This document shows, piece after piece, positions 10,730-23,869 of a stretch of DNA of 64,000 nt (position 1 is the stretch's first letter; each line of letters opens with the position of its first letter). A program made the position numbers and the translations under genes. Under the pieces are notes generated by a model. It was not told the DNA's origin. It did not search any database and saw nothing but the letters and a program-made list of their open reading frames with translations. Source of the DNA: Octopus sinensis (taxonomy: Eukaryota). The stretch covers positions 13,991,579 through 14,055,578 of the forward strand of contig NC_043026.1 of assembly GCF_006345805.1 (NCBI RefSeq), given 5' to 3'.

Positions 10730-13700
10730 ATCATCATCATCATCATCATCATCATCATTTAGCGTCCGTTTTCCATGCTAGCATGGGTTGGATGGTTCTA
10801 CTGGGGTCTGTGAAGCCAGAAGGCTTCATCAGGCCCAGTCAAATCTGGCAGTGTTTCTACGGCTGGATGCCCTTCCTAACGCCAACCACTCCGTGAGTGT
10901 AGTGGGTGCTTTTTACGTGCCCCCGCACTGGTGCCAGACAGGGCTGGCAAACGGCCACGAACGGATGGTGCTTTTTATGTGCCACCGGCACGAGGGCCAG
11001 GCGAGGCTGGCAACGGACACGAAACCGGGGCGGTGCTGGCAACGGTCGCGAAACGGAAAGTTCTCTTACATGCCACCGGCACTGGTAACACATCTGCAAT
11101 TTCCATTGATCGATTTCCATTGATCGATTTCGATTCTGATCCTCACTTGCCTCAATGGGTCTTCACAAGCAGAGTTTCGACATGCCACCGGCACTGGTAG
11201 CACATCCGCAATTTCCATTGATCGATTTCGATTCTGATCCTCACTTGCCTCAACACGTCTTCACAAGTAGAGTTTTGTGTCCCAAGAAGGGAAGGTATGC
11301 ATACGTAGGCTGGCTCCATCCCATGTAGAAGGCCACGGGTTGTGGACTCACTTGTCCTGCCGGGTCTTCTCGCGCCACAGCACACTTCCAGAGGTCTCGG
11401 TCTCTAGTCATTTCCTCAGTGAGACCTAAAGTTCGAAGGTCGTGCTTCACCACCTCGTCCCAGGTTTTCGTGGGTCTGCCTCTTCCACAGGTTCCCTCAA
11501 CCGCTAGGGTGTGGCACTTTTTCACACAACTATCTTCATCCATTCTCGCCACATGACCATACCAGCGCAAACGTCTCTCTTGCACACCACAACTGATGCT
11601 TCTTAGGTCCAGCTTTTCTCTCAAGGTACTTACACTCTGCCGAGTGTGAGTACCGGCATTACACATCCATCGGAGCATACTGGCTTCATTTCTAGCGAGC
11701 TTACGCATATCCTCAGCAGTCACGGCCCATGTTTCACTGCCATGTAGCATGGCTGTTCGTACACACGCATCATACAGTCTGCCTTTCACTCTGTGCGAGA
11801 GGCCTTTTGTCATCAGCAGAGGTAAGAGCTCTCTGAACTTTGCCCAAGCTATTCTACTCTAGCAGTTACACTTTCAGCACACCCGCCCCGCTGCTGACTT
11901 GGTCACCTAGGTAACGGAAACTATCAACTATTTCTAGTTTTTCTCCCTGGAAAGTGACGGAAGTTGGTCTCAGAGCATTTTCAGTGTTTATTGTTCCTGA
12001 GCATCTGCCACATACAAAAACCATCTTCCTAGTTAGCCTTCCTTTGACATTGCTGCATCTCTTATGTGTCCATAGCTTACACTTGGTGCATCTATAGAGT
12101 TTCTACCTACACCTTTTCTACAGATCGAGCAGGGCCATCTACCTGAAGGTGTTTGTGATTTGTCTACCTTCCTACTGATTACGGCTTTGGTTTTAGCTAG
12201 ATTGACTCTGAGGCCCTTCGATTCTAATCCTTGTTTCCACACCTGAAACTTCTCCTCCAGTTCTGATAGCGACTCAGCAATTAGAGCAAGGTCATCAGCA
12301 TAGAGGAGCTCCCAAGGGCATCCTGTCTTGAATTCCTCCGTTATTGCCTGGAGGACTATGATAAATAGGAGGGGGCTGAGTACTGAGCCTTGGTGGACCC
12401 CTACCTCTACCCGGAATTCTTCACTGTACTCATTTCCAACCCTCACCCTACTAGCGGCGTCCCTATACATGGCCCGCACAGCTCTCACTAACCATTCATC
12501 TATCCCTAGTTTTCTCATTGCCCACCAGATAAGGGATCGGGGGACCCTGTCGAAGGCTTTCTCCATGTCAACAAAAGCCAGGTACAGGGGCTTATCTTTG
12601 GCTAGGTATTTCTCCTGCAGCTGCCTTACCAGGAATATAGCATCAGTAGTACTTTTCCCTGGCACAAACCCAAACTGCATCTCATCTAAACTAACTCTCT
12701 CTCTAATTAGTTGGGCTATGACCCTCTCCGTAACCTTCATCACCTGGTCCAACAGCTTGATACCTCTGTAGTTATTTGTATCTAGGGCATCACCTTTACC
12801 TTGTAGCAGTTGACTATTATACTGCTACACCAGTCATTGGGTATGACACCTTTGTGTATCACCTGATTAACTATACGGGTGACTAGGCTATAGCCGACAC
12901 TACCAGACATTTTGAGCATCTCTGCAGTGATTCCTGATGGGCCTGGGGCTTTCCCTGTCTTCATGCTTCTAATTGCCTTAGCTACCACAGAACTATCAAC
13001 TCGGATAGCTGGTCCCTCTGTTGGGTCAACATTCGGCAGACTCTCTTTATCCCATTCATTTTCTTCATTCAGCAACCTTTCATAGTGGCATCTCCAAACC
13101 TCTCTCTTTGCATCCTCATTTAGCGCAAGTGAACCATCTTCCATGCGAACACACTTCTCTCCTACCACATCACGATTCTCTCTCACACACTGTCTTGCAA
13201 CACGAAACACCTCCAGTCTTTGGTCCTCACGGCGCAGAACATTGGCAAATTTTTCTTATCTGCTTCCCCTCTGGCTAAATAAACCTGTCTCCTAGCTCTC
13301 TTTTGGCAGTCTGATACAATTCCCTGCTACCCCCATTTTTCCAGACCTTCCAAGCCTGTCTCTTTTCTCTAATAGCCCTGTCTACAATATTGTTCCACCA
13401 CCACGTTATTCTAGGTCGAGAGGGGACTTTGCACCAGCCACAGATGGTCAGTGCTCTCAGCAGGTTGTCCCCTAGAGAAACGTCCAGCTGTCTTCTACCC
13501 CCTGTGATGCTCTATCCCCTTCTACTTCGTCAGAGGCTTCAAGTAATATGTCCCAAATCTCTGTCCATTTGCAGGATCTTTAAGCTTCCAGATCCTTCTT
13601 CTCCATATTTGTCGTCTTCTGGTTGTCCTCCTAGTCCTGATCCTAAAGTCACTAACTACCAGTCTATGTTGTGGGGTACATTCTTCACATGGGAAGGTTT

Positions 13701-14316
13701 TGGCATTTATAAGCAGCCATCTCTCCCTTTGCCTTGTAAGGATGTAGTCAATTTGGCTGGTATGTTGGCCCGATTGGTAAGTGACTAGGTGGCTGGTAGG
13801 TTTCCTGAAGTTAGTGTTGCAAATCATAAGATTATTTGCATCGCAGAACTCCAGCAGCCTGGTCCCTCCTCGTTGCGGGAGCCATAGCCATAGCCTCCAT
13901 GTACGCCATGGAAGCCCCCAGCATGTCGTCCAACGTGACCATTGAAGTCACCAGCCACAAAGATAAGGTCTCTGTCGTTCGTCAATGAGGTAGTCTGCAG
14001 TAGAGTGTCATAGAATCGGTCTTTCTGTCCATCGGGTAGCCCCGACTGAGGAGCATAGGCTGATATAATGGTTGCTAAACTATGATGAAGCACTAATCTA
14101 ATCTTAAGTATTCTGTCACTTACTCTGATTACCTCAATTACTTTATCTACCCATTTCTCAGCGATAAGTATACCCACGCCACAACCCCGTCAGTGTTCCC
14201 TGCCCAGAAAATCTTGTACCTGCGTCCTTGCCTGTGAGGAACCTAGCTGATCCTCCTCTCCACCTTATTTCTTGCATGCAACATATATCCACACATCTCC
14301 GTTCAAGCATCTCGAC

Positions 14317-14317
<1 letters not shown>
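10730..14317 (-). mobile_element. Near full-length RTE-clade LINE (APE + RT + 3'UTR), frameshifted
   Basis: APE motifs ([37 protein letters not shown]), RT (QFGFVPGKSTTDA, FVDMEKAFDRVP, GVHQGSVLSPLLF, LYADD), C-terminus (RRLRWYGHV, GRGRPTKTW), repeat-bearing 3'UTR and (GAT)n tail. Confidence 0.95.
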
Positions 14318-14405
<88 letters not shown>

Positions 14406-14459
14406 ATTTATTATTTATAATATATATATATATATATTGCATATATATATGTATATATT

Positions 14460-14519
<60 letters not shown>

Positions 14520-14525
14520 ATATAT
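14318..14525. repeat. (TA)n microsatellite separating two head-to-head LINE fragments
   Basis: About 200 bp of near-pure TA. Confidence 0.95.
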
Positions 14526-14534
14526 CTGATGGAT

Positions 14535-15675
14535 GAGTATTTCCTGACTCAGCTAGTGCTTGAACCAACGAGACAGAATAAAACGATCTTGGATCTGGTA
14601 TGACCAATCACTCTAGCTACGTTCACAGCATTTCAGTCGAAAAAACTCTCCTCTCAGACCATGACATGGTACTCTGCAATCTTAATTCCCGACATATAAA
14701 AACCAAACCAGCCAACCCCACTCCATGGCACCCATTTGACAACATAAACTTCCACAAAGCGGACTGGGGAACAATCAGAAAGGATCTGTCTTCCATCGAC
14801 TGGTCTTTTACTCTCAATTCCCCTCATATTGAGACCGCGTTGCAGCACTTTGAAAACATTGTCACCTACACATGCTCTAAACACGCTCCCAAGAAATCTA
14901 CTAACACAAACAGAAACTGGCTCCCTAAAAAGAAAAAAACACTCATCAGGCGCATCAAAAGACTCAAAAAAAAAATCAACCAATTAAAATATTCCACACA
15001 CAAACATCCACATTCAACAACAATGAAAAGACTAGAGCTGGAAAACTTTCATCTGCAGACTAACATGAAAACCTCCATTGAAAATCAAAGAGCTGTGGAG
15101 GAACAATGGGTAATCAAAAACATCAAACAGAACCCAAAAGTGTTCTATTCTATGCAAATAAGCAAAGAACCACTGTCTCACCCATTGGCCAACACGATGC
15201 TAAAGAAATGGCAGAAATACTGCAGAAACAATATTGCTCTGTCTTCAGTGTTCCACTGATATTGATGTGAGGGGAACGAACGAAGTTGACTCCCAACACA
15301 AAATCGCAGACATAACCTTCACTGCCACCGACATCGTAGCAGCAATAAATGAGTCAAACATTACTCTGCTGTAGGCCCTGATAGATTTCCCGCCAGTCTC
15401 ATGAAGGAATGTAGATATCAACTTGCAGTCCTCTGACCAACCTCTGGAGAAACTCGTTAGACGCAGGTTATATACCGAAACAGTTTCTATCCCAGTCGGT
15501 CATCCCGGTTTTCAAACAGGGAAACAGATCCCTCGCAGTCAACTATCGCCCAATCTCACTCACCTCCCACATCATTAAAGTGTTCGAAAGAGTGTTAAGA
15601 TCAAGGATAGCTGACTTCCTGGAGACCCACAAACTCCTAAATTCAAATCAGCATGGCTTTCGCTGTGGCAGGGAC
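14535..15675 (+). mobile_element. CR1/L2-like LINE fragment (APE C-terminus to RT N-terminus)
   Basis: [64 protein letters not shown]. Confidence 0.85.
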
Positions 15676-16257
15676 TTTCACTCTGCCACTTCCTCTTTAC
15701 ACACATAGACACGCAAATATATAAATAAAATTGTAAGCTAACGTGTGTGTGTGAGTGTGTGTGTGTGTGTGTGCGTGGTGTGTGTGTGAGCGTGTGTGTG
15801 TGTGTGTGCGTGTGTGTGAGTGTGTGACAGGAAAGTTTTTTAGGACGAATATAAGACTTATATCCAAGTAGCTTATCTCTAAGAAACAGAAAGATCGCCC
15901 AAAAGTGTATATAGATATTTAAATGTATTTATATATTCATCTATACACACATGTATGTATAATGTGCGTGTATATATCTCCATAGAGGTAACCATTCAAT
16001 CCATACAAAGTTTTTTAGGACGAAAATATTTATATATAAAAGAAAGGTTGTGTGCTGTCTGTCTCCTATGATTTAGATTCCTAACTACTCCCACATTTTG
16101 CGATGCAGTTTAACCAAAACCGGGTATCTTATAGTCGTGATTCATATCGAGCCCTTCTGGGTATTAGCGCTCGTCTACGATGAGTCTATGATTTTACAAA
16201 TAATTTACCATCATTTTTTTCCATTTTAATCTTATTTTATCTTTATCTTTCTTTTTA

Positions 16258-16653
16258 TCTTTTACTTGTTTCAGTCATTTGACTGCGGCCATGCTGGAGC
16301 ACCGCCTTTAGTCGAGCAAATCGACCCCGGGACTTATTCTTTGTAAGCCCAGTACTTATTCTATCGGTCTCTTTTGCCGAACCGCTAAGTGACGGGGACG
16401 TAAACACACCAGCATCGGTTGTCAAGCAATGTTAAGGGGACAAACACACACACATACACACACACACATATATATATATATACATATATACGACAGGCTT
16501 CTTTCAGTTTCCGTCTACCAAATTCACTCACAAGGCATTGGTCGGCCCGGGGCTATAGCAGAAGACACTTGCCCAAGATGCCACGCAGTGGGACTGAACC
16601 CGGAGCCATGTGGTTGGTTAGCAAGCTACTTACCACACAGCCACTTCTGCGCC
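16258..16653 (-). mobile_element. SINE family A copy nested in a Helitron
   Basis: Family A sequence interrupts a Helitron sequence that is contiguous in the other copies. Confidence 0.88.
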
Positions 16654-16744
16654 TATTTTTTTTTATAAAGGGAAGTAACTCTCAAACTTTACACCAATAT
16701 GCGTGCTCATATGAGACGTAATATCACATCAGCAGCATTTTCTC

Positions 16745-17195
16745 ACACCCTCCTTCCACTTGGCGAAGGCAAAAATACCAGGGGATGAAAATGGTAATAT
16801 TGCCATCGATTCCATTTGTACCATTGTTAAGACGCCTTCTGATCTCAGAGATGCAGTGTTCCCAGATCTACAAGCTAATTATCAGAATATGGATTGGATT
16901 GGCAAAAAGGCTATACTGGCCCCGAGGAATAAAACTGTTCACATATTAATGATGAAATGCTAAAACTCATTCCTGGGGAAGTCTATGTATATCAGTCTAT
17001 CGATACAACTCCTGACCCAGAGGACGTCATCAACTATCCAATAGAGGTACTCAATTCCTTTGAGCACCCGACTACCACCACACTTTCTCAAACTTAAAGT
17101 TGGTGCCCCTATAATGCTCATCAGAAATTTGGTTCCCCCAAAACAATGCAATGGCACACGTTTGATCGTTAAGTCCTTATCTCCCACCGTAAGCT
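16745..17195 (+). pseudogene. Helitron PIF1-family helicase fragment
   Basis: KAILAPRNKTV...LKLIPGEVYVYQSID...[10 protein letters not shown]...[35 protein letters not shown], with frameshifts. Confidence 0.88.
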
Positions 17196-17316
17196 TATAT
17201 CAAATTTGCCTGAATAATCATCATAATTCAGTGCAATCATTAACAGTACTTTCAAGCAATTCAGCCCCGAGCAACGCCGGGCAATTCTGCTAGTATATAT
17301 ATATATATATATATAT

Positions 17317-17391
<75 letters not shown>

Positions 17392-17396
<5 letters not shown>

Positions 17397-17573
17397 TTCG
17401 AGACAAAACCATAAATTAAAACTGATTAGAAGATCGGAAATCCACCTGACGAATGTCATTTGAAGACATGAAACGATTGTAGTGGCGGTTTATTTATTTT
17501 ATATTAAAATTTTTATGTATTGATTAAGTCTTTCCTTGTTCGTTTTGCAAATAGTGGTTTGTCTCGAATTAAT
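17392..17573 (+). mobile_element. ~180-bp HHR-bearing mini-element with short inverted ends (PLE-type remnant)
   Basis: ATTAATTCGAGACAAAACCA (17392-17411) is inverted relative to TGGTTTGTCTCGAATTAAT (17555-17573); flanked by TA-rich sequence. Confidence 0.65.
17442..17485 (+). ncRNA. Minimal type I hammerhead ribozyme
   Basis: CCAC-CTGACGA-ATGTC-atttgaa-GACAT-GAAA-CGATTGT-A-GTGG: stems I, II and III and the core are all present; GUA triplet. Confidence 0.85.
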
Positions 17574-17686
17574 ATTATATAATATTTTACTATAAAATTG
17601 GATTTAATCCTAAATCTGATTTTTCCCTGTAAATTTGGATGTATTCCCTAATATTTATTATTATATATATATATATATATAAGAGG

Positions 17687-17786
17687 NNNNNNNNNNNNNN
17701 NNNNNNNNNNNNNNNNNNNNNNNNNNNNNNNNNNNNNNNNNNNNNNNNNNNNNNNNNNNNNNNNNNNNNNNNNNNNNNNNNNNNNN
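17687..17786. other. Assembly gap (100 N)
   Basis: Run of N. Confidence 1.
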
Positions 17787-18367
17787 TGCGGTAGGTGTCC
17801 ATTCCTTATTTGGTGTGATGTGAAAACAGTTTCAAGTAGTTGTTCATATAGCAGTAAGTATTTCTTGAATGTGGCAGTGAACTAGTTAGATAAAAGGATT
17901 GATCAGTAACAAAGATTTATAAAATCATAAAACAAACAATTGTTGTCTTCTTTATCAGGAAAAATCGTGTCAATAGACAGTTGACAAATTGTTCGATCAA
18001 GAGAAAAATATCAGCTAAAACATACCTTAATGCCTTCGATATTTTAATTAAGTAGCACAATGATACATGCCTCGTGCACACACATACACACTCATACACA
18101 CACGCGTATCCCCCACGCGCATACACTAAATACGTATATAAATATATGATATGTAAATATGCGTATGAGGAGACTCATGCGAACACGTAGGTCAATAGTT
18201 GTTGATAACATCCCATCAACTTGCAATATGTCTGAATATTTACTGTCAGGCTTATGGCGAGCATATGAGTGGAGGCGTATGCGTTACCCTTTCCAATAAA
18301 ACTCTCACCTATGAACAAGTCAAACACATATTTGTATAGCACTATCAACCCTAGCTAAATCATATAT

Positions 18368-18438
<71 letters not shown>

Positions 18439-18441
<3 letters not shown>

Positions 18442-18750
18442 GGGATGACCTCTACGTGGACATTGATATGCTAGAAGTAGATCCGCTATGGTCTTACCAG
18501 TAAGAAAGGATTGTTCTCAAGAAAATTTTAGCAAACTCCAGAAAGTAAGCGAGCAAAACAAATGAAAAGAAACAAAATCATATTCATAATATTATGTATT
18601 TGTTTTTATAGTCCCCAACTTGAATATAACCTCAAAAACCTACAAAACAAGTTTTCTAATATTTTCTTGAGAACATCCTTTTCTTTGTGGTAATATCATA
18701 ATGGATCTATTTCTGAGCATACGGTTGTCCACGTAGTGGTCATCCCTCTT
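18439..18750. mobile_element. TA-flanked MITE with ~100-bp imperfect TIRs
   Basis: AGGGATGACCTCTACGTGGACA...TTCTCAAGAAAATTT is inverted relative to TTTTCTTGAGAACA...TGTCCACGTAGTGGTCATCCCT; a single arm also occurs at about 51265-51355. Confidence 0.7.
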
Positions 18751-18871
18751 ATATGTATGTAATATAATTTTTCTCTACCTTCAGATTTTAATATGCTAGA
18801 CCACTGGTTTTAAATTGATATTAATCAAATAATAGTCAATTATTCACCCTTATTTTTTTAAATTTATATAT

Positions 18872-19230
18872 ACTCTTTTACTTGTTTCAGTAATTTGACT
18901 GAGGCCATGCTGGAGCACCACCTTTAGTCGAGCTAATCGACCCCAGGACTTATTCTTTGTAAGCCTAGTACTTCTTCTATCTCTTTTACCGAACCGCTAG
19001 GTTATGGGGACGTAAACACACCACCATCGGTTGTCAAGCGATGTTGGGGGAACAGACTCACAAACATACACACACACACACATACATGTATATACATATA
19101 TACGACAGGCTTCTTTCAGTTTCCGTCTACGAAATCCACTCACAAGGCTTTGGTCGACCCGAGGCTTTAGGAGAAGACACTCGCCCAAGTGGGACTGAAC
19201 CCGGAACCATGTGGTTCGTAAGCAAGCTAC
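18872..19230 (-). mobile_element. SINE family A copy (internally deleted)
   Basis: Family A match. Confidence 0.85.
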
Positions 19231-19555
19231 TTTATTTCAAAAATTTTGCCATAATGGCATGACACAGAGTAGCTTGCGGGCTGGACAAAGACATTGATGA
19301 GGTGAATGATGGAAAGGATGATATTAATGGGAGAAGACAAAAAACCTCGGCCGATTTTTTGCTTCTCTAAAACATTATTCTCTTCTTTTATTCACAGAAA
19401 AAGACAAAACGAGGTAATGAACCTCTTACTTCAGTTTACAATTATTAGACGAATGGTCCATTAAAGAATTGGGGCGTTAAGCCTCTAAAAACAAATAACA
19501 TGCAATAAAACACTAAGCATTTTAAAATAAACATAACACTAAGGATTTTCAACCT

Positions 19556-21060
19556 CTTGTCACTATTCCTCCCCAACATCGCTTGTGTCCGTATACTCTG
19601 CCATCACCCTCATCTCATTCAAGACCAAGGCGGGATCCGAGCCGGCGTCGCCTGGCCACAAGCGACATTCCTCATTGAGTCCCTGCAGCCTATATACATC
19701 ACGGGCAACGTTATGACCTCCACAACTATCTGTAGAGGCCATTCGGGATCCTGTGTCAAGGTTAAAGGTACTCCCTTATAGTGCTTTTCCACCACCTCTT
19801 CTACCTCTCCACCTCTGTAGAAGAAGACCAATAGTTCATCTTCCCATGGGTTCGAGGTAGTCAATTCTACCGTTGGCAACACAATTCCCTCCAACTGTGT
19901 CTCTTCTGCTGGTAGCAGAACCCCGACCGGCAAGGTTCCACGACATTCCGTTGCTATGTCACCGACTGCCGGCAATGTCCCGTTTCTCTTCCTCTTTTTC
20001 TCTCATCTGAGGGAGGGTGCGTCTCCTCCATGACCAGGAGATTCACCTCCCCTCCCTCATCCTTAGGATCCTTCGGTGAGCACCCATTGTTGCTCACCTT
20101 CCTCTTGCGGCCCTTCTTTGGGGAGTCCTCCGTCTCCTTGTCCGCCTTAGCTCCTTCTTCTACAGAGGTCTCAATCAACTGCTCCAGGACCTTGCTTTGT
20201 TCCTGAGGAGTTTTTCTTTATATGACAAGGCTCCAGGTACCTATGACACCTGGTGGTGGTGGGGGGGGGGGACACGACCCTCAAGAATCAAGGCCATTTT
20301 CAAAGAATCCGGCATAACCAGATTCATGGCTGATTGGCTCCACACGGTCAAAACAGCTTTTGACACAACCCAATCAGCCACAGGAAGAATTTTCACATTG
20401 AGGAGCCCGGCTCCGCTGCCAACCAGACCTCGATGGATAGTATCCTCTATCCACTTGGGCTCAATTCCGGGTGGCAAACCACAAACCCAAGCCCTCGTCA
20501 ATTTTTTCCCACAATAAGTGGGAAGAAACAAAATTTATTTACACTGAAAGGGCTGGCTCGCAAAACTGCGAGCTTCATCTGGGATGTCAGACAGCAACCA
20601 CACCGTTGCATATTTGACATCGCTAGAGATATACTTAATGGTTGGCAGATGCTCTGCCAACTCCTGCTCAATCATCTGCTTGGAGAAGACGGTAATGGTG
20701 TCAAGAACCTTTGAATACATTCTCAACATCACTGTCCTCTCCTCTTGCTGTCTGGGCCACTCCTTAGGTGGGACAATCTCCCACTCTACAAACTTAAACT
20801 TATTTTTTGCCATGTCTTAAATTAAAAAGTAAAAAGTCCAAAACAATAGTTCACAAATTTCAAAAAGAAAAGAGAGAAATCAAAAGTTAACTAAAGGAAG
20901 AGGAGAAAAAAGCAAACAGTTCGATAAGAATATCACAATAGAAGAAGAAAACAGCAGTTCAACAAAACACAGCAAAAAAAACTCTTCTGGGCATTCAGGT
21001 ACTCCAATCCCTATGGTACTCCGATTAGAACCTGAACTGCTCCACTTGAAATACAGCTCT
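19556..21060 (-). mobile_element. Probable L1/Tx1-like ORF1 (gag-like) pseudogene with 5'UTR
   Basis: Consecutive frameshifted ORFs (MAKNKFKFVEW..., ..LPPGIEPKWIEDTI.., RCHRYLEPCHIKKNS resembling a decayed CCHC knuckle, then a charged K/R/E-rich region); GC-richer than the flanks; family assignment is inference. Confidence 0.5.
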
Positions 21061-21262
21061 CAGTTATTGGTAAACGTAGTGTAAAAACATACGCTATTAA
21101 AAAAAGTGAACAAATTTTGGTGTTGAAGGATACGCCCCCCCAAAACTATACTTCTCACAATGAGTAAAAGTTTCCACTAATGTGAACAATATTTCTGAAC
21201 TGCAAGCAGACCAACATCCTTGTGAGTGGATTTGGTAGACGGAAACTGAAAGAAGCCTGTCG

Positions 21263-21300
<38 letters not shown>

Positions 21301-21309
21301 CGCACATAT

Positions 21310-21394
<85 letters not shown>

Positions 21395-21397
<3 letters not shown>

Positions 21398-21770
21398 AGT
21401 GGATGTGTGGTAAGTAGCTTGTTTACCAACCACATTGTTCCGGGTTCAGTTCCACTGCGTGGCATCTTGGGCAAGTGTCTTCTACTATATCCTCGGGTCG
21501 ACCAAAGCCTTGTGAGTTGATTTGGTAGACGGATACTGAAAGAAGCCTGTTGTATATATGTATATATATATATGTATGTGTGTGTATATGTTTGTGTGTC
21601 TGTGTTTGTCCCCCTAGCATTGCTTGACAACCGATTCTCGTGTGTTTATGTCTCCGTCACCTAGCGGTTCGGCAAACAGAAACCGATAGAACAAGTACTG
21701 GGGTCGATCTGCTCGACTAAAGGCGATGCTCCAGCATGGCCGCAGTCAAATGACTGAAACAAGTGGAAGA
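21395..21770 (+). mobile_element. SINE family A copy
   Basis: Family A match with an internal deletion. Confidence 0.85.
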
Positions 21771-22066
21771 ATATACCCATACACACATATAACATATAAA
21801 CACACACACACACATACACATATACACACAAATAATTTAATATAAATATACGTGAGATATAAAGACAAATACAGGACCATATTACATCCCCCCTTGCATA
21901 CCACACTACCATCGATAAACACACGTATCCGTACACCCACACCCCACTACACATAAATATGGGTGTGTGCGTGCGCGTGTGAACAATAAGATTAAAAGAA
22001 ACTCGGAACTGTCACGGTCTGTAAACGAATAATTTAGGGGAAAATTATCTGATAATAATCATTTTA

Positions 22067-22109
<43 letters not shown>

Positions 22110-22660
22110 CGTATGTGTGTGTGTGTGTGTGTGTGTGCGTATATGTGTGTGAGTCATTATCCAGTTTTATATCTAGGTTTATTGCTAATAGAGAAAGGCC
22201 GATTTCTAACCTAGATTCAAAGCTCCCTCATTGGAATTTCAACACAAACAATAGGCTATTTCTGTATGTATGAATGTATGTATGTATGTATGTATGTATG
22301 TATGTATGTATGTATGTATGTATGTATGTAGTATGTATGTATGTACGTTATGTATGTATGTATGTATGTATATATATTTCAACAATTGAGGGCAAAATTA
22401 ATTAATTATTAATCAATTTCACAAGTGTTCAGTATGCAAAGGGACCATTCAAGGCGAATTCAATTATTACATTATATAAAAGGGCTTAGTAAAATAAATA
22501 CTTTGCCGCATACTGAACTCATTAGAAATAGCAGCTAAAAAACTTTTTTAAAGCTATTTCTAATACTTAAAGAAAATCTCTCTCATATATAGTGTTTGCT
22601 TAATTCAACTCACAAAAGTTTGGGGGTAAGGACATCGAAAAATCAAATGCTAAGGTTATT

Positions 22661-22712
22661 TGAGAACGTACGTTTCAAGATTAGTCAAAACAACACTTCT
22701 ATCATCAGCTCA
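22661..22712 (-). ncRNA. Hammerhead motif, unit 1
   Basis: Minus strand TGAG-CTGATGA-TAGAAGTGTTGTTTTGACTAATCTT-GAAA-CGTACGT-T-CTCA; palindromic stem III ACGTACGT. Confidence 0.72.
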
Positions 22713-23203
22713 GAAATTCCTTGGTTTGGATTTGGAAACACTGAAAATAAGAACATACCCTTTCGAAGATCTGCTCGTAACTAACAGTGCCAACAAATTC
22801 AAATAAGCAAGCGAAGAATCTCTGTTCTCCCCTTTCCACCAGCGTGGGTTAAAATCATCAAACACTATGCTTGTTTCGGTAAAATCCGAAGCATTAATCA
22901 GAGGGAGATTAATTATAATTTCAACAATTGAGGGCAAAATTAATTAATTATTAATCAATTTCACCAAGTGTTCAGTATGCAAAGGGACCATTCAAGGCGA
23001 ATTCAAATTATTACATTATATAAAAGGGCTTAGTAAAATAAATTACTTTGCCGCATACTGAACTCATTAGAAATAGCAGCTAAAAAACTTTTTTAAAGCT
23101 ATTTCTAATACTTAAAGAAAATCTCTCATATATAGTGTTTGCTTAATTCAACTCACAAAAGTTTGGGGGTAAGGACATCGAAAAATCAAATGCTAAGGTT
23201 ATT

Positions 23204-23255
23204 TGAGAACGTACGTTTCAAGATTAGTCAAAACAACACTTCTATCATCAGCTCA
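23204..23255 (-). ncRNA. Hammerhead motif, unit 2
   Basis: Same motif as unit 1, 543 bp away. Confidence 0.72.
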
Positions 23256-23817
23256 GAAATTCCTTGGTTTGGATTTGGAAACACTGAAAATAAGAACATA
23301 CCCTTTCGAAGATCTGCTCGTAACTAACAGTGCCAACAAATTCAAATAAGCAAGCGAAGAATCTCTGTTCTCCCCTTTCCACCAGCGTGGGTTAAAATCA
23401 TCAAACACTATGCTTATTTCGGTAAAATCCGAAGCATTAATCAGAGGGAGATTAATTATAATTTCAACAATTGAGGGCAAAATTAATTAATTATTAATCA
23501 ATTTTATATAATGTAATAATTTGAATTCGCCTTGAATGGTCCCTTTGCATACTGAACACTTGGTGAAATTGATTAATAATTAATTAATTTGCCCCTCAAT
23601 GTGTTGAATTATAATTAATCTCCCTCTGATTAATGCTTCGGATTTTACCGAAATAAGCATAGTGTTTGATGATTTTAACCCACGCTGGTGGAAAGGGGGA
23701 GAGAACAGAGATTCTTCGCTTGCTTATTTGAATTTGTTGGCACTGTTAGTTACGAGCAGATCTTCGAAAGGGTATGTTCTTATTTTCAGTGTTTCCAAAT
23801 CCAAACCAAGGAATTTC

Positions 23818-23869
23818 TGAGCTGATGATAGAAGTGTTGTTTTGACTAATCTTGAAACGTACGTTCTCA
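23818..23869 (+). ncRNA. Hammerhead motif, unit 3
   Basis: TGAG CTGATGA (23822-23828) ... GAAA (23854-23857) CGTACGT T CTCA. Confidence 0.72.

Larger units (their letters stand above)
16028..17293 (+). mobile_element. Non-autonomous Helitron (family 1) carrying a PIF1 helicase fragment, interrupted by a SINE
   Basis: 5' end matches copies at 40738, 51829 and 28807; 3' hairpin CCCG-AGCAACGC-CGGG (17266-17281) followed by CTAG|T at 17290-17294. Confidence 0.82.

Noticed and set aside
17959-18330. Possible exons in unique sequence after the gap
   Set aside because: Some splice-like sites on both strands, but weak partners and no recognisable protein.
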